Position numbers and translations under genes: made by a program
The notes under the pieces: generated by a model
The model's database searches: none
What the model saw: only the letters and a program-made list of their open reading frames with translations
What the model was told of the DNA's origin: nothing
Source: a virus
Lineage: Duplodnaviria > Caudoviricetes
Strand: one strand, 5' to 3'
DNA length: 64,000 nucleotides
Virus record (IMG/VR): IMGVR_UViG_3300031993_000027
Location: 63,492-127,491 of that record
Shown here: one piece after another, positions 45,884 to 53,531 of the stretch
How the letters are laid out: each line of letters begins with the position of its first letter
Numbering within the stretch: the first letter of the stretch is position 1

Positions 45884-45958
45884 TGGTTGAGGTAACAGGA
45901 TTCGAACCTATGAATGTGGGAGTCAAAGTCCCATGCCTTACCACTTGGCGATACCTCA
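45884..45958 (-). tRNA. tRNA-Gln (TTG), CCA encoded
   Basis: TGAGGTA/TACCTCA acceptor, TGGGA-CTTTGAC-TCCCA anticodon arm. Confidence 0.93.
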
Positions 45959-45966
45959 ATATTTAA

Positions 45967-46062
45967 TTCAGCAGGTAAGGATTTGCACCTTACATAGCAC
46001 TCTTTTATAGATAGTCTGTGCCTTTAACTATCCTAAGCGTCTACCTATTCCGCCACTGCTTC
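45967..46062 (-). ncRNA. atypical Leu-like tRNA or pseudo-tRNA (96 nt)
   Basis: Leu-type D arm TGGCGGAATAGGTAGACGC, T arm GTAAGG-TGCAAAT-CCTTAC; only 5-bp acceptor and 11-nt anticodon loop. Confidence 0.55.
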
Positions 46063-46217
46063 ATATCAAGTATATTAAAGGAACGCCTTTTGAGATTAAA
46101 TCTCTTTAACGGACTAGGCAGGGATTAACATTATGTGGATACCAACGCTTATGAGAGATATTGTTTATGAGGTTGCCGTACCGAGGGCGTTATTTACTTG
46201 TCAAGATTCATGTTTTT

Positions 46218-46246
46218 ATTATATTGATTAGGGTAGCGTATTTCAA
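46218..46246 (-). promoter_or_regulatory. sigmaA-type promoter of tRNA operon with CTACCCTA in spacer
   Basis: TTGAAA-TACGCTACCCTAATCAA-TATAAT. Confidence 0.8.
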
Positions 46247-46573
46247 CTACTCTTCGTCGTCTTTACCAAAACTAAACTTAGTAAAGGATGCGTTCTCACT
46301 TTTGAGAACTCCGTCTATGTACTCTTGGTCTTCCATGAACTCACACATACGGCTTACAACAGGTGACAAACCAAGAGCAAGTGTATTGTCGTCGAGTTTA
46401 TCTGCGTCGCCATGACACCCATCTTCCGCAAGATAGAGGATGTAAAACATCAATGCCTGTGCCAGTTCGGTTGTGATTTGATATCTTGCTCCCATCATCT
46501 GACACGTATTGGTCATTTTATCGTCTATCTTAGGAGTTAAGTTGCTTTTCGGAAACAAATTACAATAAATAAT
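46247..46573 (-). CDS. hypothetical protein, probable ATT start
   Basis: AAGGAG 7 nt before in-frame ATT 46573; track start TTG 46558 lacks an SD. Confidence 0.6.
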   Translation of the reverse strand: MIYCNLFPKSNLTPKIDDKMTNTCQMMGARYQITTELAQALMFYILYLAEDGCHGDADKLDDNTLALGLSPVVSRMCEFMEDQEYIDGVLKSENASFTKFSFGKDDEE

Positions 46574-46604
46574 TTTCTTTCTCCTTCTTTTTTGTCCTCA
46601 CTTC

Positions 46605-46630
46605 TCTAAACGGAAAGTAAGAATTGAATC
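46605..46630 (-). promoter_or_regulatory. bipartite motif copy 4, variant (GATTCAA-N10-CCGTTTAGA)
   Basis: Intergenic, same spacing. Confidence 0.45.
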
Positions 46631-46639
46631 ACCACTGAT

Positions 46640-46906
46640 TTATTCAACTATTGCAATGATTGAAGGAAAATCCATGACGTATATGGTCTCGCCTTTTTCT
46701 TCATAGGCTTTAATGCCACGCCATCCGTTCTTAATGATAATCTTTGTTCCAACCTGAAACTCCTGATATTCAGGGTCTACCTCTTTAGGAAGTTTGACTA
46801 TCTCGTAAATCATGCTGTCCTGTCCAACGATATATAAACCTGAAGGACTTTCCTTGTGCTGTTTTACAAAACAGTGTCCCAACATAGGGGTATAAACTCT
46901 ACTCAT
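46640..46906 (-). CDS. GroES/Cpn10-like co-chaperonin
   Basis: PMLGHCFV..SPSGLYI..FQVGTKI..YVM..IIAIVE; 88 aa. Confidence 0.65.
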   Translation of the reverse strand: MSRVYTPMLGHCFVKQHKESPSGLYIVGQDSMIYEIVKLPKEVDPEYQEFQVGTKIIIKNGWRGIKAYEEKGETIYVMDFPSIIAIVE

Positions 46907-46926
46907 TTTGCACCTCTCTTAGTTTC

Positions 46927-47211
46927 TTATTGTTCTCTGTACATAATCACAAGACAGAACGTATCATCCTTACTGTAAGTCATATTAGATTCAACGATAC
47001 AATTCCCGATAGTTCTAAGAAAATCGTTTACCCTATCATCAAAATCCTTATCAGGTCTTTTCGTGGTGAATGTTTTTATCTGCCACGGTCTTACATCTAT
47101 GTCAGGCTTGACCAAACGAGGAACATCGGCACACTCCCTACAAAAGAAGCGTCCATCGGTCATTCCATAAAGTCTGTTTGTCTGTTTACCACAGTTTTCG
47201 CACTTATTCAT
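46927..47211 (-). CDS. zinc-finger hypothetical protein
   Basis: CENC..CREC. Confidence 0.6.
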   Translation of the reverse strand: MNKCENCGKQTNRLYGMTDGRFFCRECADVPRLVKPDIDVRPWQIKTFTTKRPDKDFDDRVNDFLRTIGNCIVESNMTYSKDDTFCLVIMYREQ

Positions 47212-47915
47212 TTTTCTTCTCCACGTTCAGTACAATCTACGCTTGTTCTCTTCAACTTAGGATGTTCAATCTCTTCAAGAATCGTTAATTTGAATACATT
47301 TCTTATTTCATAACTGCCATCTTTGTTAGTAAGGACTACTGCGTTAGAAAAGTATGTTGGTTCTCCCGAAGTAGAAAAGTAGTTATCTCCAACCTTCATA
47401 TAGGCATTAAAGCCTTGAAAATATGCGATACAGTTAAACCAGTACATATTGTTAGGGATAGTTCCATCCAAGAGATATTCTAATCCCTTGATAATTGCCC
47501 ATCTACTAGCCTTGGTACAACTTGTAGAACACCAACCGCCACTTACCGTGGTAAACTGTCCACTAGCCGTGAGAACGCCTGTTACGGTGTTAGGGAAGGA
47601 TTTAGAGAATACTCTGCTCCATATACAGGAAGCAACGTATATCCTTCCATCAGTTGTTTCTCCATCTTCGAAGTATGACCTGTCTGATTCTGCTTCTACA
47701 ACATTAGCAAATAGATGAAAAGATTCTACATCTAATCCTACCGCTTCTGCCTGTTCTTCCATAGAGGCATTGTACTGTTCCTCTTCGGTCATGTCTTCCC
47801 ATGCGGTCTCAACATCTTCATCTGCAAAGCAAGTCCAATTTACTGTCAGTAATACTGTACACGCCATTGTTACTGTCAACAGCGTGGCAAGTATCTTCTT
47901 TGTGTTTGTCTTCAT
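47208..47915 (-). CDS. SleB-like cell wall hydrolase (Hydrolase_2) with signal peptide
   Basis: LFANVVEAES..VASCIWSRV..FPNTVTGVL..GQF..VGDNYF; hydrophobic N-terminus. Confidence 0.8.
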   Translation of the reverse strand: MKTNTKKILATLLTVTMACTVLLTVNWTCFADEDVETAWEDMTEEEQYNASMEEQAEAVGLDVESFHLFANVVEAESDRSYFEDGETTDGRIYVASCIWSRVFSKSFPNTVTGVLTASGQFTTVSGGWCSTSCTKASRWAIIKGLEYLLDGTIPNNMYWFNCIAYFQGFNAYMKVGDNYFSTSGEPTYFSNAVVLTNKDGSYEIRNVFKLTILEEIEHPKLKRTSVDCTERGEEK

Positions 47916-47943
47916 TAAAATCTCCTTTATTGTCCTCGTATTA

Positions 47944-47969
47944 TCTTAACGATGTTTTAGGATTAAATC
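47944..47969 (-). promoter_or_regulatory. bipartite motif copy 5 (GATTTAA-N10-TCGTTAAGA)
   Basis: Also shares upstream GAGTGAA with copy 1. Confidence 0.6.
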
Positions 47970-47970
47970 T

Positions 47971-50919
47971 TCACTCGCTGATATATCTTAATACAGGGAA
48001 GACCTGTTCAACCTCAACTTCCACTGTCCTGCCTTTGTACTGAACCGTGGTGTTGTAGTTTCTAAGCAGGTACTTGACCTTATCCGTGAAGTATTTGCCC
48101 ATAATCTTGAAGTCAACTTCTACCTCGAATGATACTACTCCGTACTCGTCATCACAGTTGGTATACTCAATCTCAAAGTCGTTGAACTGATTGCCCCTGC
48201 ATATATACTCTTTATTTGCCCTTATTTTCTCTTCTACGAGTTCTCCAAGAGCATCAAGGATAGAACCCTCGTCCACAATATGCTCGGCTTCTCCGTTGAT
48301 GATATCGTAGTGTAATTGGATATCGAGTTTATAGAGTTCAGGCAGGTCGCTCTCATTAAGAGATAACTTGTACTTACTGTACGATTCATTTGCTTCTACC
48401 TGCCTTTTTGTGATATTGGCATTTGTTCCATCAAATACATCCTTATCATATCTAAGCGTGCTCGGAATAGATATTGAACCAAGATTAGGGCAATCTGCAA
48501 ATGCTCCATCCTCAATCTTTGTTACGTAATCAGGGATATACAAAGATATAAGACCGCTTTCGGAAAAGGCATATGTTCCTATTGTAGTAAGAGATTGAGG
48601 TAATCCTATATATTGCAAATTGTCGCAACCTAAGAAACAACCGTCAGGAATTTTAGTAATTCCTTCAGGGATTTGAGTAACAGCACTTCCAAGTGTTTCA
48701 CCACTCTTTACATAACCAAGATTTGTACAACCTGAAAATGCACTTATGCCAAGGTCTACTAATGTAGATGGAAGGTAGACCGTTTCTAATTGGGTACAGT
48801 CTTCAAATGCTCCTGAACCTATTTTAGTAACCCCTTCAGGTATAATTACTGTTTTAACAGAATTATTAGAAGCAAACGCTCTTTCTCCAATTTCAGTTAC
48901 TTCGTTAGGTATAGTAATGAGGGTAACTTGTTTTTGAGTTGCTTTCTTTGACTTTTGAAGACCAAGGCACTTCGTTCCGACAATAACATATTCGTTATTT
49001 TCATCGGTCATCTTCGTTCCTTCGAATGCTGTCTTATCTACTTCAATTCCACTAGGTATAGTAACAGATAAATTTTTACAATCCTTAAATGCCTGTGCTC
49101 TGATTCTTCTAAGCGAAGAAGGGAACTTAACATCAGTAAGAGCCGTACATCCTTCAAAAGTGTTAGGGTCTATCGTTTTCATTCCATTAGGCAAAGTAAT
49201 TGATTTTAGTTTTTTACAATTTTTAAACGAACTACGACTAATGTCACAATTATCTGCTAATCCAACTATCTTCTCAATACCGCTATTTTCAAAAGCACAT
49301 TCTTGAATATAAGTAACAGCACCCCAATTTATGTTTGTCAAGTTAGTGCAATTTCTAAATGCACCAAACTCAATTCTTTCTACTGAAGGGCAATTTATTT
49401 TTTTCAAGTTTACACATCCATCAAATGCACCTGCCTTGATTGTGTCAATATTCAAAGGAATAGTTATTTCTTCAAGTGAAGTACAATCTTGAAATAAAGT
49501 CATAGGGATTCTATCGTAGTTCTCATTATCAGGAAGGGTCACTTTTGTAAGGGAAGAACATCCCTTAAAAGCACTTGCATCTATACTTGTAACTGAAGAT
49601 GGGAAGTTAATTTCTTTAAGTGAAGAACAACTTAAAAAAGCACCTGTTGATATATTAAATATTCCTTCAGGCAACAAAAGCGTTTCAAGAGAAGTACATA
49701 TACTAAATAATTGGCTTGACAAAATTTCAATCTGTGAAGGTATATTTATTTTCTTTAGTGCAATACACTTAGTAAAAACACCTTCTCCAAGGTCTTTTAA
49801 TGATTCAGGTAAGACTACTTCAACAAGTTCAGGGAGATTTGCAAAAGCACCTCCTAAAATATATTCAATACCTTCTTCAATGATTATCTTTTTGACGTGA
49901 GGTAATTTGCCTAAAAAAGAAAATTGACGAATCCTTTTTATTTCTTTTTCTCCAATTTTTGAAGGTATCTTCAACTCAAAAATATTGTCAATATCGGATT
50001 CGTCTGTTATTCCACTAATGGCATCGTAGTCATATTCAAATTCAACTAATCCCTTGACACGCTCTTCACAGTATTTCTTGATTTCCTGTTCTACATTAAA
50101 TCCTGCAATCTCTGACAGGTCTGCATAGGTTTCATATTGATTGTCAGGACGAGAAGGGTTTCCTACGTGGTTATTACGAAGCGTAACTTTTTTAAGAGTT
50201 CCGTATTTGTCCGTAAGGATAGCCATAAGGGAATGACCATAATCGTCTTTACCCTGTGTTTTGGCATTACTCTTAGCATCAAAAGGAATATCTTCGTAGT
50301 TATTATTCATAAGTACGAAGAACTTATATTTACCACCGCTTACCCAATTTTTATAAGTATCTTCATCGTTGGTATGACACCAAGCCGTACCGCCACCTCC
50401 TGCGTACAAGTCAGAAGAGCCATCACCTGTTTTCCTGCCTCCAAACAACTTGTGCATTTCTTCATAAGAGTTGATAGGAACAAGTTTAAAGTTTGAAGAA
50501 GTGAACTCCATATTTGCCATCTTCTCGGCATTCTCTTTTTCACGTTCTTCTTGGATTTCTTCTAGTGCCTTTTTTACGTCATCGAACGACATTTCCTTAT
50601 TGAACTTGTCATCAAGAGAGTTACCGAATTTCTCACGATTTGCTCTAACCCACATAAGGTACTCGTCAAACATAGGTGTAGATTCTTCTTCGAACGTATC
50701 AATCTGTTCCTGACTGCCATCAGTATTCTCTCTGTACATACGAGCAATACCTATGAGGTATTTCTCTAGCCAAGAGGGAGAATGAACAAAGGCGTGAATC
50801 TTGTTTTTGAATATGTCGTTAATAAGATTAGTAGCAACGGTTTCATCCCAACCTGCGTTCACTAAATCTCTTATAGCATTTCTGTCGTATTTTGTTCCTT
50901 CATTGAGTGGACGTATCAT
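47971..50919 (-). CDS. BspA-type leucine-rich repeat (LRR_5) protein, paralog 2, leader MIRPLNE
   Basis: Many IPxxVTxIGxxAFxxCxxL repeats; N-domain homologous to 36593..39514. Confidence 0.88.
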   Translation of the reverse strand: MIRPLNEGTKYDRNAIRDLVNAGWDETVATNLINDIFKNKIHAFVHSPSWLEKYLIGIARMYRENTDGSQEQIDTFEEESTPMFDEYLMWVRANREKFGNSLDDKFNKEMSFDDVKKALEEIQEEREKENAEKMANMEFTSSNFKLVPINSYEEMHKLFGGRKTGDGSSDLYAGGGGTAWCHTNDEDTYKNWVSGGKYKFFVLMNNNYEDIPFDAKSNAKTQGKDDYGHSLMAILTDKYGTLKKVTLRNNHVGNPSRPDNQYETYADLSEIAGFNVEQEIKKYCEERVKGLVEFEYDYDAISGITDESDIDNIFELKIPSKIGEKEIKRIRQFSFLGKLPHVKKIIIEEGIEYILGGAFANLPELVEVVLPESLKDLGEGVFTKCIALKKINIPSQIEILSSQLFSICTSLETLLLPEGIFNISTGAFLSCSSLKEINFPSSVTSIDASAFKGCSSLTKVTLPDNENYDRIPMTLFQDCTSLEEITIPLNIDTIKAGAFDGCVNLKKINCPSVERIEFGAFRNCTNLTNINWGAVTYIQECAFENSGIEKIVGLADNCDISRSSFKNCKKLKSITLPNGMKTIDPNTFEGCTALTDVKFPSSLRRIRAQAFKDCKNLSVTIPSGIEVDKTAFEGTKMTDENNEYVIVGTKCLGLQKSKKATQKQVTLITIPNEVTEIGERAFASNNSVKTVIIPEGVTKIGSGAFEDCTQLETVYLPSTLVDLGISAFSGCTNLGYVKSGETLGSAVTQIPEGITKIPDGCFLGCDNLQYIGLPQSLTTIGTYAFSESGLISLYIPDYVTKIEDGAFADCPNLGSISIPSTLRYDKDVFDGTNANITKRQVEANESYSKYKLSLNESDLPELYKLDIQLHYDIINGEAEHIVDEGSILDALGELVEEKIRANKEYICRGNQFNDFEIEYTNCDDEYGVVSFEVEVDFKIMGKYFTDKVKYLLRNYNTTVQYKGRTVEVEVEQVFPVLRYISE

Positions 50920-50989
50920 AGATATTCTCCTTAGAACATATTAATCTATGATAATTTTACCCCTTAAAAGACCAGTTATCAACGGCTTA

Positions 50990-51415
50990 TCAAATTTCGC
51001 CCTTTTCGAGCAGGAAGATGCCGTTCTGTTCAAGGTTAGCCTCTGACAAAGAAATGAAGAACTCCTTGCGCAACGGCTGAATCTGATAGATGCCTGTATT
51101 CTCGTCATATCCGATGACCTTACCGAAGTTATATGTTTCTCCGTTAACGCCTGTGATACCAAGTGTGTCCCCTACTTCGATTTCATCGGTATCAAAATCT
51201 ACATTGAAGATTTCCTCACCCAAAATGAGTTCAATAAGGTCTTCATGCTTGATATATTCTATTCCGTCCTCATAGTTGAACAACCTGTTAAGCGTTGACT
51301 GACTAACGCCAAAAACCTTAGCCATTTCGGTCTGTGTATCGTACTTCATCAACTCCTTCTTCAACTTCCTCTTGATAAAGTTTGTGTACTTTTCCTTAAA
51401 ATCGTTGTACGTCAT
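50990..51415 (-). CDS. XRE-type helix-turn-helix protein
   Basis: TQTEMAKVFGVSQSTLNRL. Confidence 0.7.
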   Translation of the reverse strand: MTYNDFKEKYTNFIKRKLKKELMKYDTQTEMAKVFGVSQSTLNRLFNYEDGIEYIKHEDLIELILGEEIFNVDFDTDEIEVGDTLGITGVNGETYNFGKVIGYDENTGIYQIQPLRKEFFISLSEANLEQNGIFLLEKGEI

Positions 51416-51429
51416 TTTTTATTGTCTCC

Positions 51430-51696
51430 TTATTCTTCTACGTTTACTCCGCTTTCCTTGTCTCTTGAAATGTTCTCTATCAAGTCAAGGAATATTGCCG
51501 TTTCAACAAATCCACCGATTTCTATGCCTCTGTTGAGGTTGTCATAGTTCTGTTCGAACTCCTCTACGTGTTCCTTGCCAAGATTCTTGGCAACCCATTT
51601 CTTACCATATTCCTTCAAATCCATTTCCTGTATCTTCCTCCTTTTAAGGATTCTTCCGTAGGCTTCTTCTATCTCATTCGCCAGTTTCTTCTTCAT
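51430..51696 (-). CDS. hypothetical protein
   Basis: ORF; true start probably MDLKEY after AGGAGG. Confidence 0.55.
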   Translation of the reverse strand: MKKKLANEIEEAYGRILKRRKIQEMDLKEYGKKWVAKNLGKEHVEEFEQNYDNLNRGIEIGGFVETAIFLDLIENISRDKESGVNVEE

Positions 51697-51901
51697 TTTT
51701 GAGTTTCCTTGAAAGTTCTGTCAGGTCTTTGATAACCTCGTCAAGTTCTTTTACTATCTTGTCCTTATCTTTTTCCATTTTCTTAGCACACTCGTCACAA
51801 AAGTAGTAAACTCTACAAGACCTCATAACTTCCTTTTTCAGTTTATCTTCAGGAAGAACTTTCTCACAAAAAGAACACTTTTTCATTTTTGCTTTCGTCA
51901 T
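51674..51901 (-). CDS. small zinc-finger protein
   Basis: CSFC..FCDEC. Confidence 0.6.
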   Translation of the reverse strand: MTKAKMKKCSFCEKVLPEDKLKKEVMRSCRVYYFCDECAKKMEKDKDKIVKELDEVIKDLTELSRKLKNEEETGE

Positions 51902-52437
51902 TTCAGATAATCCTCCTTTATACCTTCGTTACACTTGATAACATCATCAAGAGTTCTCGGTGTGTAATCAAGGATTTCTACTCCTACGTTATATGCGTTC
52001 TTAACATTGACCATGACCTTAAACGCCTGATTCTGAACATTGTTATGAATATGTCCGAACAGGTGAGTTGTGCCCTTGAAATAACCGTTCCACTCGACCA
52101 TAGGATAGTGGGACAGTATAATCTTGCGGTCATTGTCATATATCTCGGCATATTCCTTTATCCACTCGAAGTAAGGCTTCCAACTCTTATCAACCTTATC
52201 ATGGTTTCCCTTAACAAGATACTTCTTACCGTTAAGCCTCTCGAAATACTCCGTAGGCTTCTTGGAAGACCTGAACACTATGTCACCCAAGACGTAAACC
52301 TCGTCATCAGGCTTGACGACCTTGTTCCAGTTCTCAATAAGGGTTTCGTCCATCTGTTCTACACCACTGAACGGTCTGTGGCACAGCCTTATGATATTCT
52401 CGTGACCGAAGTGCAGGTCTGATATGTAAAACTTCAT
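51898..52437 (-). CDS. calcineurin-like metallophosphoesterase
   Basis: SDLHFGH, LGD, GNHD, HYP, FGHIH. Confidence 0.9.
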   Translation of the reverse strand: MKFYISDLHFGHENIIRLCHRPFSGVEQMDETLIENWNKVVKPDDEVYVLGDIVFRSSKKPTEYFERLNGKKYLVKGNHDKVDKSWKPYFEWIKEYAEIYDNDRKIILSHYPMVEWNGYFKGTTHLFGHIHNNVQNQAFKVMVNVKNAYNVGVEILDYTPRTLDDVIKCNEGIKEDYLK

Positions 52438-52454
52438 TTTTGATATATTCCTCC

Positions 52455-52500
52455 AAATAAAAATACTCGTTAAAAACTCCTCACTGTTCTTAACGAGTAT
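52455..52500 (-). terminator. probable intrinsic terminator
   Basis: ATACTCGTTAA/TTAACGAGTAT stem followed by TTTTATTT on minus strand. Confidence 0.5.
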
Positions 52501-52513
52501 CTGTTTTTGAATC
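52488..52513 (-). promoter_or_regulatory. bipartite motif copy 6 (GATTCAA-N10-TCGTTAAGA)
   Basis: Intergenic, same spacing. Confidence 0.6.
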
Positions 52514-52521
52514 TACGCTGA

Positions 52522-52713
52522 TTACCACCAAATAGTATAAAAATCTTCAGCAAGCCAACAGTCACTAGGAAGATTTTCTTTGATTTCTTCTGTGTCGTAA
52601 GAACTATATACTATTTCTTCAACTTCTTCAACAGAAGTGTTTCCTTCGATAACAACGATTCCATATGCCCCTCTGTCACTACTATCGCTGTTTTCTATTA
52701 TGACAAACCTCAT
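52522..52713 (-). CDS. small acidic hypothetical protein
   Basis: ORF preceded by G8-TGA SD-like run. Confidence 0.55.
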   Translation of the reverse strand: MRFVIIENSDSSDRGAYGIVVIEGNTSVEEVEEIVYSSYDTEEIKENLPSDCWLAEDFYTIWW

Positions 52714-52779
52714 TACTTCACCCCCCCCGATAAAATTTCGTTGAGAATGTTTTTCTATAACGATATTTTTAGTATATCA

Positions 52780-53061
52780 TTATTTTGTCAGCCTGATAAT
52801 CCATTTGAAGAAGAAGTCTTCTAAGACAGGTAAACGATAAGGTTGTCTCTCGATAACCTCGATTTCCTTCCACAACATCAGGTCTCTCGAATTGGTCTTA
52901 ATATACGTCCTGTAATCTCTCGTGAAGAAGACTTGCAGGAAGATATGATTATAGAACTCAATACGGAGATAATCGTAACCCTGACGAGCAATTTGTAAAT
53001 TTTTGTGTATGTCGTCCTTGGTCATTACCTGACCTCTAGTTAGTTTCAGGGTCTTATACAT
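52780..53061 (-). CDS. hypothetical protein
   Basis: ORF coupled to holin stop. Confidence 0.55.
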   Translation of the reverse strand: MYKTLKLTRGQVMTKDDIHKNLQIARQGYDYLRIEFYNHIFLQVFFTRDYRTYIKTNSRDLMLWKEIEVIERQPYRLPVLEDFFFKWIIRLTK

Positions 53062-53456
53062 TACTTGTAGATATCCTGTTCTAAGAGTGGTGTCTTCTCC
53101 TGTTGTGGTGCTTCAGGAAGAGCCACAACTTCCTTGTTGAGTTCTGCGTTCATTTCCTGTACAAACTGTTCAAGTAAAACACGCACTTCGGATGCGGAAA
53201 TCTCGATACCTTTTGAGAGAAGAATATCGGTTGCGTACTCGATAACCTTCTCCACCTTCGCATCCCCATGCAGTTCTTTGAACATCTGTTCCGTTGCTCT
53301 TACACAAGCCTTAACAACTTCTCTCTTAGTCTTGTCATTAAGATACTTGGCAATAAGACCTTTAATGGTTATTCCGAGATAACCGAGGATAGCCGTGATT
53401 ACTGTGTACAGGATAGTTGCTCCGTACTGTTGAATAAACTCACCGAATGCGTTCAT
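53061..53456 (-). CDS. holin, LL-H family
   Basis: Single N-terminal TM; VKACVRATEQ..G.AK..IE/LEQFV; adjacent to endolysin. Confidence 0.75.
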   Translation of the reverse strand: MNAFGEFIQQYGATILYTVITAILGYLGITIKGLIAKYLNDKTKREVVKACVRATEQMFKELHGDAKVEKVIEYATDILLSKGIEISASEVRVLLEQFVQEMNAELNKEVVALPEAPQQEKTPLLEQDIYK

Positions 53457-53531
53457 AAAGATTGCACCTCCAATAACTTCATCATTTTATTTTATCTTCG
53501 TCATTTCGTTAAAAATGACGAAATTGAATCT

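Noticed and set aside
45459-46415. Plus-strand ORFs 45459..45698, 45766..45966, 46161..46415
   Set aside because: They overlap minus-strand tRNAs, structured RNAs and the tRNA promoter.
52721-52728. G8 tract as a second phase-variation site
   Set aside because: Intergenic and positioned as the SD of 52522..52713; no reading frame is affected.
39570-53530. Extra copies of the bipartite motif near 39575, 41518, 52756 and 53500-53530
   Set aside because: Only one half matches or the spacing differs, so they were not counted.
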